Of a stretch of 53,136 nt of DNA, positions 30,072 to 37,637 are shown piece after piece (the first letter of the stretch is position 1; each line of letters begins with the position of its first letter). The translations under genes were made by a program, and so were the position numbers. Under the pieces are notes generated by a model. That model saw only the letters and a program-made list of their open reading frames with translations. It was not told where the DNA came from and did no database searches. Origin of the DNA: Alphaproteobacteria bacterium (GTDB lineage Bacteria > Pseudomonadota > Alphaproteobacteria > UBA9219); assembly GCA_049276515.1 (NCBI GenBank), contig JBASWO010000111.1, forward strand, positions 1-53,136, given 5' to 3'.

Positions 30072-30111
30072 TAGTTAATTTCAGATATCCACAGGCCGCT
30101 AGAGTTAATTT
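30072..30111. repeat. direct repeat AGTTAATTTC x2, 30 nt start-to-start, upstream of cargo paralog 2 (candidate operator)
   Basis: Identical 10-mers at 30072-30081 and 30102-30111, placed 100-139 nt upstream of ATG 29972. Confidence 0.35.
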
Positions 30112-30335
30112 CTTACCACTCAAAAAGAAGCTGGTTTAGAGGTTAACTTTATTAGTTCCCTTATTTTGCGCACTTCGTGAGCTGAAACACTAAATAAGCT
30201 TGTAAATGGGGGCTTAGGAGGCTTAGAGGCAGGCCTAGGGGCTTTAGAAAAAGCAATAAAATTACCGCTCTTCTCGAGACCTACCTGGCCTCAAAATAAG
30301 GGCCGATTCTCTCACTTTTGGCGAGAAAACCTCAG

Positions 30336-30758
30336 CTAAGGATAGTGCAGAGGTATCGTGAATGCCATCTGTTGGCCTTCAACCTCAAAAGCAGCCTCGG
30401 TAAATTGGGGCTCTGAGTAGATCGCCCCAAGTCTACTAAATCCATAAGCTTCGGCCGGCAATACACCAAGAAAACCGAAATCGATTTTGCCGTTTTCATT
30501 CTCATCATGATAAATCTCGATGGCATAGGTGCCGATAGGCACATTTTTAATCAGAAATTTCATGGGTCCAGTTTTTGCTGGTGCTGCCTTTTTGTAAGCA
30601 CAGGTATCCCCTAAAAACTCATCAGATGAGCAGATAAAGGTCCGAACAACGCCTTTATCAGATTCCACATTAGGAACCATAATGGACATATCAGCGGCAG
30701 CGGCTGGCATGGCTGTCATAACCAGAACAGCCAGCATGTAAAAAGCTAATCGCTTCAT
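30336..30758 (-). CDS. DUF2141 family secreted protein
   Basis: Start reset to ATG 30758 (GAGAGG SD), giving signal peptide MKRLAFYMLAVLVMTAMPAAAA. DUF2141-like segment IEIYHDENENGKIDFGFLGVLPAEAYGFS. Confidence 0.75.
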   Translation of the reverse strand: MKRLAFYMLAVLVMTAMPAAAADMSIMVPNVESDKGVVRTFICSSDEFLGDTCAYKKAAPAKTGPMKFLIKNVPIGTYAIEIYHDENENGKIDFGFLGVLPAEAYGFSRLGAIYSEPQFTEAAFEVEGQQMAFTIPLHYP

Positions 30759-30926
30759 GAAGCACCTCTCTTTGAGCCTACGCCAAGCATCCCTACCCTG
30801 CATAGAGCTAGGTATAAAAAACCCATTAGAAATGCAGTTAATCCTTCAAAAGATGCCTTCTTGCATATTTGCGCCTCACAAAAAGACAGCTATAAAAGTC
30901 TTCAGTTCTCTGGGAAGGATTACATT

Positions 30927-32018
30927 ATGAAAATCACATCACGCGCACTACTTTGCGCATCACTTATAATCATTAGTTTTAGTACTCCACAGTTTTCAAA
31001 TCGCGCCGAAGCACAAACACAATCCGCCGAGCAAACCCAGAAAAAATCAATTTGGACAAAGATCGTAGATTGGTTCAATGCCATTCCGCGCCAACCGCTC
31101 ACTGAACAAGATCAAGCTGCAAAATTGGCGCGCGATGGCAAATATGAAGAAGCTCTTACAATCTATAAACGTCTTTATGAAAAGAACACCAACAACCCTG
31201 GTATCGTCAGCGATTACATCGCCGTTTTAGGTTGGGCTGGCCAAAATAAAGAATCCATTGAGCTTTATGAAAAAACTGCCTTCAAGAAACCCAATTATGT
31301 ATTGGCGTCTGTTGGTCACTCATATCGTCAATTAAATGAAACCGACAAAGCTCTCGCTGTTTATCGCACAGGCCAGCAAGACTATCCCAATGATGTTGTT
31401 TTTATTGAAGGTGAAGCACGCTGCCTTGCAGATAAGGGCGAGCTCGATAATGCTTTAGCCAAAGTCAGCGAAGATTTAAGCAAAAATGGTGATCGTCCTG
31501 AAATAGTTGAAGCGAAGCGCGATATTTTAGAATCTATTCTACGTCGTGATCAGCAAAAAGCCGTTGAAATGGCGCGCGCCAAACGCTACCCCGAAGCCCT
31601 TGCTATGCTGCAAGATATGCACAGCATGTATCCTGATGATGTCAGCATAACCCGTGATTACTTGGCTGTTCTTGATTGGGCTGGCAAACACGATGAACAA
31701 GTGGTCTCGCTCTTTAAAAGCCTCCCTGAAGGCGATCAGCCTGATTATGTTTTGGTAGCCGCTGCTCACGCCTATCGTAAAATTAAGCAGCCCGATATGG
31801 CGCTTGCCATCTATCAGCAAGGTCTCTCGAAATATCCCGATAATGTTGGGTTTGCCGAAGGCGAAATCCGCACATTGATCGAGACGGGTCGTAGAGAAGA
31901 AGCCCTTGCGCGCGCCAATGAGAATTTACGTGTCTATGGTGAGCGCAAGCAGATTGTGGATATCAAAAAGAATATCCTACGCACGACACCAAAAGCTGCC
32001 AAAAAGAAGGCAAGTTAA
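30927..32018 (+). CDS. secreted TPR-repeat protein with an internal ~140-aa duplication
   Basis: Start reset to ATG 30927 (GGAAGGA SD), giving signal peptide MKITSRALLCASLIIISFSTPQFSNRAEA. Two related halves share DY[IL]AVL.WAG, P.YVL....H.YR, YP.NV.F.EGE.R.L and IV..K..IL. Confidence 0.75.
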   Translation: MKITSRALLCASLIIISFSTPQFSNRAEAQTQSAEQTQKKSIWTKIVDWFNAIPRQPLTEQDQAAKLARDGKYEEALTIYKRLYEKNTNNPGIVSDYIAVLGWAGQNKESIELYEKTAFKKPNYVLASVGHSYRQLNETDKALAVYRTGQQDYPNDVVFIEGEARCLADKGELDNALAKVSEDLSKNGDRPEIVEAKRDILESILRRDQQKAVEMARAKRYPEALAMLQDMHSMYPDDVSITRDYLAVLDWAGKHDEQVVSLFKSLPEGDQPDYVLVAAAHAYRKIKQPDMALAIYQQGLSKYPDNVGFAEGEIRTLIETGRREEALARANENLRVYGERKQIVDIKKNILRTTPKAAKKKAS

Positions 32019-32026
32019 ACGCTCGC

Positions 32027-32923
32027 TTAAACGCTCGGAAGCGGCGATGGCCGTGGATGGGCCTTGGGTTGCTGCCCTTGCGGCGGCCCTGATCTTGCGG
32101 CCACTCTTGTAGCACCTGGTGCTGCGGCTGGTTTTGCAGCTGCAGGTGCTGTTGTTTGTGGAGCCTGATAGGCTGGAGCCCGACGCGCATCAGCCGCTAA
32201 ACGCGAGCGGTTCGGACCGCTAGGACCTGCTGGAAGTGGCGCTTGTGCCGTTTGACCATTATGGCGATAAACAGCGTAGCTGCCGCCCTGATAAGCTGAA
32301 CTTACAAGAAAACCTTTTTGCTTAAAGTCAGAGCACCAGATCGGTTGCCCCTTCTCATCACGGCCCATACAAATTTGAATATGCCCGTGAGGATGGCCAG
32401 GTACAGCCCTGAATACAACGATATCGCCTTTTTGAGCACTCGCCTGTGACCAACCCTCGACACGATTAAAGTCGTTACGATTATCAAGATAGGGAATATA
32501 TCCCTTTGCTGAGCGCGGATTGTTATAAAAATTGATGCCAGCTTCAGCACATGCGAGACGCACATATTTTGCGCAGAGACCTTGTGAGCGCGTATGCGCA
32601 TTTCTGTCGAGGAAGTTTGTTGCAGCGCTGGCAAAAATACTGGCATTCGGATCAACATAATTTGGATTGACAGGTCCAGACCGGAATGGATTTGAGAAAG
32701 TGTCAGGCGTTATACCCGCTGGCGTTGTCGTGAAAGCTACAGTTGGCCCTTTGAGAGCCGCTAGCCAAAACGGAGAGAAAGCCGAATTAGGATTGTTAAA
32801 GCTGAGGCTTGTTGGGTCATTGGTTTTTTGTGATTTAGCAAGGCCCTCTCTCAATTCACCGAGAGCTTTATCGGCCTGCTCTTGAAGAGCGGCATCACTT
32901 TTTTGCTCAGGAACATCAGCCAT
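32027..32923 (-). CDS. CHAP/NlpC-P60-like cysteine amidase/peptidase domain protein with Pro/Ala-rich C-terminal tail; no signal peptide
   Basis: Cys motif SQGLCAKYVRLACAEAG and His motif KGDIVVFRAVPGHPHGHIQI, in CHAP order. C-terminal ~70 aa is P/A/Q-rich. Probable ATG 32923; the track start is TTG 32929. Confidence 0.6.
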   Translation of the reverse strand: MADVPEQKSDAALQEQADKALGELREGLAKSQKTNDPTSLSFNNPNSAFSPFWLAALKGPTVAFTTTPAGITPDTFSNPFRSGPVNPNYVDPNASIFASAATNFLDRNAHTRSQGLCAKYVRLACAEAGINFYNNPRSAKGYIPYLDNRNDFNRVEGWSQASAQKGDIVVFRAVPGHPHGHIQICMGRDEKGQPIWCSDFKQKGFLVSSAYQGGSYAVYRHNGQTAQAPLPAGPSGPNRSRLAADARRAPAYQAPQTTAPAAAKPAAAPGATRVAARSGPPQGQQPKAHPRPSPLPSV

Positions 32924-32935
32924 GATCAATCCACA

Positions 32936-34030
32936 TTAACCAGTTGGGTGTGCCTCGTCGCCGCGCGTATGCGTACGACCCCGACCACGCGAGGGGGCAG
33001 CATCTGCAACACGCATATCAGATGGCGTAAAATCTTTGCCGAGATGCTCGTAAACTTCTCTATAGGTACGCGCACCTGTGGTCTTACTATAAAATACCCA
33101 GCGATTTGCCCTAGCTGCTCTGCTCAAATCATTAGCAGCGATAGCATTTGGATTTCTTTCCATTTCACGAATAAAACGTGCAGCTGTTCCAGCGCCAAGG
33201 AAATGGGCCATATAAAGATCTGTATTAGAGAGCTGTCGTCCGCCCAACAAACGCTGCACAGTGGCAGCATTATCTGCTGTAAAGGCTGTCGCCATGGGCG
33301 TCGAATATTTTGGATCAAGACGCATATCGAGAATTTGCTGAAGATAGCGACGATCCGTAACAACGTAGCCGTCTTTCGTGCGCCTAATATGTTCAGCAGC
33401 CCAAGCTAATTGACCGCCATGCTCTTTGCCATGCGCATGAACAACGCCAAGCCATGTTGCACGTAAAAACTGATAACGACCTCTGGCTGACGAAGTTGAA
33501 GGAGCTGCAAAATCGTTGGTACCGCTTTCATGCTGAGCTAAATCGACAAGATACTGTCCGCTCGGCTTGAACGCACGACTTGCAAAACGACGCACACTAC
33601 GCGCCGCACCCTTACGCACTGTTTCAGGGATGATGTCAGCGCGCTCAATGGTTTCAGCAAGACGCTCAGCACTTGTGCGGCCATAAGATTTGAGGCTTTC
33701 GACACCCGCAAGCCAGATGTCATAATAATCACCAAACTTAGCAGGCTCTTTGCGATCTGTTAAAATAGCGCCGGTAAGAGCGGCCTTCAGGCCCTCGTCG
33801 CGCTCAACACGATAACCTCTGTCATTATTGTCCGCATTCACGGGCAAGATAATGTTGCGCATTGTGGTTGGCGCAAAAGTTAAATTAACAGCTGAGATAC
33901 CAACAACAGAGTTAGGCGTAGGTGTTGCAGATAATGCTTCATCATTATCAGCAAGCCCATTGGCTGCTGTGATTTGCATTCCCTTAAGCTGGGAACGTGA
34001 AGCACGTGTATCTGAACTATTCTGCGTCAT
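32936..34030 (-). CDS. lambda-lysozyme(GH104)/SLT-like lytic transglycosylase domain protein; no signal peptide
   Basis: LAQHESGT plus ARGRYQFLRATW resemble phage lambda R motifs WSEGT and AGRYQLLSRWW (from memory). Also LYMAHFLGAGTAARFI. ATG 34030 has GGAG 7 nt upstream. The stop lies 12 nt before the next gene's ATG. Confidence 0.55.
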   Translation of the reverse strand: MTQNSSDTRASRSQLKGMQITAANGLADNDEALSATPTPNSVVGISAVNLTFAPTTMRNIILPVNADNNDRGYRVERDEGLKAALTGAILTDRKEPAKFGDYYDIWLAGVESLKSYGRTSAERLAETIERADIIPETVRKGAARSVRRFASRAFKPSGQYLVDLAQHESGTNDFAAPSTSSARGRYQFLRATWLGVVHAHGKEHGGQLAWAAEHIRRTKDGYVVTDRRYLQQILDMRLDPKYSTPMATAFTADNAATVQRLLGGRQLSNTDLYMAHFLGAGTAARFIREMERNPNAIAANDLSRAARANRWVFYSKTTGARTYREVYEHLGKDFTPSDMRVADAAPSRGRGRTHTRGDEAHPTG

Positions 34031-34243
34031 CAAATCACTCCGGTAATTTCGTCACTTCTTCTATATGAGTAATATAATAGCTCTTAACCCATGAATCAAA
34101 CTTAACAGCATTATTTTCGTCTAATTTATTGATTTTTAACGTAAATCAGCTTGAAAGCAATGCCAATTTTACATGCATATTAATAGTTGCGACGCATTCG
34201 TTTCAGCCTTGAAATGATTGAGTCTTTTCTGATTCTAGAGGCC

Positions 34244-34687
34244 CTATTCAAGGCTCAAAATTTCGGTGCCTTTTTCAGTCTTTCCTAAAATGAAAATAAC
34301 CGCCTCTTCGCCACTCTTTTCGACCGACATTTTCTTACGAACAATCAATTCTGTTCCTGTGTAAAATTGGCGACCACCATGGCAATAGACATTGATGTCA
34401 GCGGATTCGACCTGCTTGTTACCCTTGTAAGGTGAGATCACAATTCTATAGCCTTTTGCATTCTTACAGTTATCCGGCCAGACATTCGGACGAACACTAA
34501 AAGCGCGCGCCTTATCTGATACAAGCGCAAGCGTTCCTGCACCATCACGTAACGCGTAGCGAATACGTGTCGCAATATCGCTTGTTAGGCGCTCGGCGCC
34601 CGACAAAAAGAAAACAAAGGCGCCCGCCAAAGTAAGAGCGATTGCTAAATCCCAAAAAGTCTTTTTCTTTAATTTAAACCACTTCAT
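34244..34687 (-). CDS. single-pass membrane-anchored protein of unknown function, translationally coupled to the TMEM175-like channel gene
   Basis: N-terminal anchor WDLAIALTLAGAFVFFLSG, followed by a ~110-aa soluble domain. ATGA overlap with the upstream gene at 34684-34687. Confidence 0.6.
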   Translation of the reverse strand: MKWFKLKKKTFWDLAIALTLAGAFVFFLSGAERLTSDIATRIRYALRDGAGTLALVSDKARAFSVRPNVWPDNCKNAKGYRIVISPYKGNKQVESADINVYCHGGRQFYTGTELIVRKKMSVEKSGEEAVIFILGKTEKGTEILSLE

Positions 34688-35283
34688 ACTTTTGATCTCT
34701 TTTTCTCAAGAGCCTGTTCGATACGCGCGTCAGGAATAATCCACATTAAGGCGACGACCAAATACGAGATCTGGGCAGTCCAATCAAAATAAAAAGCTGA
34801 AACAATGCCTGATAGATATAGAACAAGTGACATTTTCTCTTTGATATTTTTACCAACAGCACGCGCTAAAATGGATGTATCTCTCTCAGCACAAATAATC
34901 GTTGTCTGTAAAATCCAATAGGCCGCCGCTGCCATCAAAAGATTGCAGCCATAGAGTGCACTCGGCAGTGGCGCAAAATGGTTTTCCCCCATCCACCCCG
35001 TTGAAAAAGGTATGAGTGAAAGCCAGAAAAGCAAATGTAGATTGGCCCATAGAACGGTACCTGTAACATGATGGGCGGCATGCAGCATGTGATGATGATT
35101 ATTCCAATAAATGCCGACATAAAGAAAGCTCAAGATGTAGCCCAAAAACACAGGCCATAAAGGAGCGAGCGCCGCAAAATCAGCGCCATGCGGCACCTTC
35201 ATCTCTAAAACCATGATGGTAATGATGATGGCAATAACGCCATCACTGAAAGCCTCAAGTCTGCTTTTGCTCATTTGAACCAT
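34684..35283 (-). CDS. TMEM175/DUF1211 family potassium channel homologue
   Basis: TM1 signature RLEAFSDGVIAIIITIMVLE (RxxxFSD) and six predicted TM segments in ~199 aa. Confidence 0.82.
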   Translation of the reverse strand: MVQMSKSRLEAFSDGVIAIIITIMVLEMKVPHGADFAALAPLWPVFLGYILSFLYVGIYWNNHHHMLHAAHHVTGTVLWANLHLLFWLSLIPFSTGWMGENHFAPLPSALYGCNLLMAAAAYWILQTTIICAERDTSILARAVGKNIKEKMSLVLYLSGIVSAFYFDWTAQISYLVVALMWIIPDARIEQALEKKRSKV

Positions 35284-35597
35284 GAAAAACCCGCCATGCT
35301 CTAAACTGAATTCAGGTTAGCATAGAAGGTGTTAGCAGTAAAAACAGCCCGAAAACAAAGCGATCATTGTATTTGCTGTGGAAACCTGTATGGTGCGCCC
35401 AGCTTTTTTACTACTCTTTGCTTTTGCTAACCGTCACTGACGGCGTGTCCTTCATAAGACACATATCTGATCTACCCTTGTTGTTGATCCGAAGCGTTTG
35501 ATTAAGAGTGACCACCGGACTTAGATCCGAGGGAAAGGGAGCTCTTGAAACGGTTACTTCATGATGAAGTAATCACAACGTAGACGAGGAGACGACA
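35284..35597 (+). promoter_or_regulatory. promoter plus long 5' leader of the cold-shock protein gene
   Basis: 314-nt non-coding region. Near-palindrome TTACTTCATGATGAAGTAA (35554-35572) lies just upstream of the GAGGAG SD. Long structured leaders are typical of csp genes. Confidence 0.4.
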
Positions 35598-35813
35598 ATG
35601 TCAGTAGGTACAGTTAAATGGTTTAATTCAACCAAAGGTTTCGGTTTCATTCAGCCTGAAGAAGGCGGCGGCGATGTGTTTGTTCACATCAGCGCAGTTG
35701 AACGCGCCGGCCTTACAACCCTGAACGAAGGTCAACGCGTAAGCTATGATCTCGCGACAAACAAGGGTAAAACATCTGCAGCAAATCTGCAGGTCCTTGA
35801 TAAAGCCGCTTAA
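35598..35813 (+). CDS. cold-shock protein, CspA family
   Basis: [17 protein letters not shown] (RNP1) and DVFVHIS (RNP2); 71 aa. Confidence 0.95.
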   Translation: MSVGTVKWFNSTKGFGFIQPEEGGGDVFVHISAVERAGLTTLNEGQRVSYDLATNKGKTSAANLQVLDKAA

Positions 35814-35855
35814 AAACTAAACGTTTTTAATCCTTTTTCATTTTTTGAGTAGCGG

Positions 35856-35876
35856 GCTATGGCTTAACGCCATAGC
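35856..35876 (+). terminator. hairpin between the csp and helicase genes (possible leaky terminator or processing site)
   Basis: 8-bp stem GCTATGGC/GCCATAGC with a 5-nt loop and no clear U-tract. Confidence 0.3.
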
Positions 35877-35902
35877 GCCGCTTGCTCGCTTACAGGTATG
35901 CT

Positions 35903-37603
35903 ATGGATAATTTCTTATCGCTCAACCTGCCACAGCCATTGATGCTGGCACTTGAGAAACTTAAATTCAATACACCCACGCCTATTCAGGCGCAGTCCAT
36001 CCCGGCCGCGCTGGAAGGCAAAGATATTCTGGGTACCGCTCAAACAGGTACCGGCAAAACAGGTGCGTTTGGCATTCCCCTTGTTGCCAAACTGATGATC
36101 AACCCGCATGGCAGCGCTCTGGTTATGACACCAACGCGCGAACTCGCCGTTCAGGTTATGGACACTTTGCAAAAGCTTTTGGGTCATCAAAGCCCCATTC
36201 GCACAGCTTTGCTGATCGGTGGAGCACCTATGTTCAAGCAATTGAACCAGTTGCGCTCACACCCTCGCCTCATTGTTGGCACACCTGGTCGTATCAATGA
36301 CCATCTGACGCGTAAGAGCCTCAACTTAAAAGACACGCATTTCCTGGTTTTGGATGAAACTGATCGTATGTTGGATATGGGCTTTAGTATCCAAATTGAA
36401 AAGATCGTCAAACATATGCCGCCAGAGCGTCAGACACTTCTCTTCTCGGCCACATTGCCGAAAGACATTGTTGTTCTTTCCAAGAAATATCTGCGTGATC
36501 CTTTGCGTGTTTCTGTTGGCTCAACAACAACACCTGTTGCCAACATCAAACAAGATGTCGTGCATACATCTGAAGAAGGTAAATATAAGCAATTGCTTGC
36601 CCAGCTGATTGAACGCGAAGGCTCGATCATTATCTTTACCAAAACCAAATATGGCTCGGAAAGAATGGCCAAGCGCTTACGTGCTGATGGTCATGAAGCC
36701 GATGCGCTGCATGGTGATTTGCGTCAAAATAAGCGTGACCGCGTTATCGCTAATTTCCGCGACAACAAATATCGTATTCTTGTGGCTACAGACATTGCAG
36801 CACGCGGTCTTGATATCCCGCATGTTCGGCACGTCATCAATTATGATTTGCCACAAGTGCCTGAAGATTACATCCATCGTATCGGCCGCACAGCGCGTGC
36901 TGGTGCTGAAGGACATGCTATCTGCTTTGTCACGCCAGCGGATCGCGGCAAATGGATGGCTATCAATCGTTTGATCAATCCTGACTATAAGCCTGAACCT
37001 CGCTCCTATAGCCCTGAGGCTAAGAGAGATGGCAGAGGACCAAAACGCTTTAAAAAGCATCGCGGCCCTGCAGGCTCACGTGATGAACGTGGTCATGGTC
37101 GCAGTGAATATCGTGGTGATCGCCCGCATAGAGGCGAACGCAGCGAACGCTCAGAAAGCTATAAAGGTGATCGTCCCTATCAAGCTGATCGCAAACCAGC
37201 TGGTGAACATCGTGAACGCCCCCAGGGTGAACGTAAGTCCCATGGTGAGCACAGTGAATATCGTGGTGATCGCCAACACAGAGGTGAGCGTACAGAACGT
37301 CCTGAAGGCCGTAAGCCGCAGGGCGAACGTAGCGAATATCGTGGTGACCGCCCCCATCGGGGTGAGCGCACAGAACGTCCGGAAGGTCGCAAGCCGCAGG
37401 GTGAGCGCAGCGAGTATCGCGGCGATCGTCCACACAGAGGTGAGCGCACCGAGCGTCCAGATGGCTTTAAGAGTGAGCATCGCGGCGATCGCCTGAAGCG
37501 TGACCAAGATGGCGAACGCCGTCCATTTGGTCCGAGCCGTGGCCCCAAAAAGCATTTTGGTGGCAAACGCAAAGCCTTTGGCCATAAGCCAAGAGCCGCT
37601 TAA
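35903..37603 (+). CDS. DEAD-box-family RNA helicase (RhlE-like) with DETD motif II and a repetitive Arg/Glu/Gly-rich C-terminal extension
   Basis: Q motif TPTPIQ, motif I AQTGTGKT, Ia PTRELA, II LDETD, III SAT, VI HRIGRTARAG. Start reset to ATG 35903 (MDNFLSLNLPQ). About 190 C-terminal residues are low-complexity repeats. Confidence 0.92.
   Translation: MDNFLSLNLPQPLMLALEKLKFNTPTPIQAQSIPAALEGKDILGTAQTGTGKTGAFGIPLVAKLMINPHGSALVMTPTRELAVQVMDTLQKLLGHQSPIRTALLIGGAPMFKQLNQLRSHPRLIVGTPGRINDHLTRKSLNLKDTHFLVLDETDRMLDMGFSIQIEKIVKHMPPERQTLLFSATLPKDIVVLSKKYLRDPLRVSVGSTTTPVANIKQDVVHTSEEGKYKQLLAQLIEREGSIIIFTKTKYGSERMAKRLRADGHEADALHGDLRQNKRDRVIANFRDNKYRILVATDIAARGLDIPHVRHVINYDLPQVPEDYIHRIGRTARAGAEGHAICFVTPADRGKWMAINRLINPDYKPEPRSYSPEAKRDGRGPKRFKKHRGPAGSRDERGHGRSEYRGDRPHRGERSERSESYKGDRPYQADRKPAGEHRERPQGERKSHGEHSEYRGDRQHRGERTERPEGRKPQGERSEYRGDRPHRGERTERPEGRKPQGERSEYRGDRPHRGERTERPDGFKSEHRGDRLKRDQDGERRPFGPSRGPKKHFGGKRKAFGHKPRAA
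37244..37471 (+). repeat. in-frame 78-nt tandem repeat (about 2.9 copies) encoding GE[HR]SEYRGDR[QP]HRGERTERPEGRKPQ
   Basis: Copies at 37244-37321 and 37322-37399, and a partial copy from 37400. More degenerate copies start around 37096. Confidence 0.9.
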
Positions 37604-37637
37604 GTCCTTACGATCGAGCCGTTCAATTTAAAACGAC

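Noticed and set aside
32667-33409. Plus-strand ORFs 32667-32885 and 32882-33409
   Set aside because: They are antisense to the two hydrolase genes, have no SD, and give Cys/Ser/Ile-rich products of atypical composition with no motifs.
37244-37471. Possible CRISPR-like array, because of regularly spaced repeats
   Set aside because: The repeats are directly abutting with no unique spacers, are in-frame coding sequence, and no cas genes are present.
37029-37585. Four long overlapping ORFs (37029-37496 +, 37050-37433 -, 37151-37585 -, 37180-37572 -) inside the helicase 3' region
   Set aside because: They are artefacts of the low-complexity 78-nt tandem repeats, which stay open in several frames. 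Their products are repetitive nonsense (V/A/N-rich, H/D-rich or R/S/P-rich). The helicase frame is continuous with canonical motifs.
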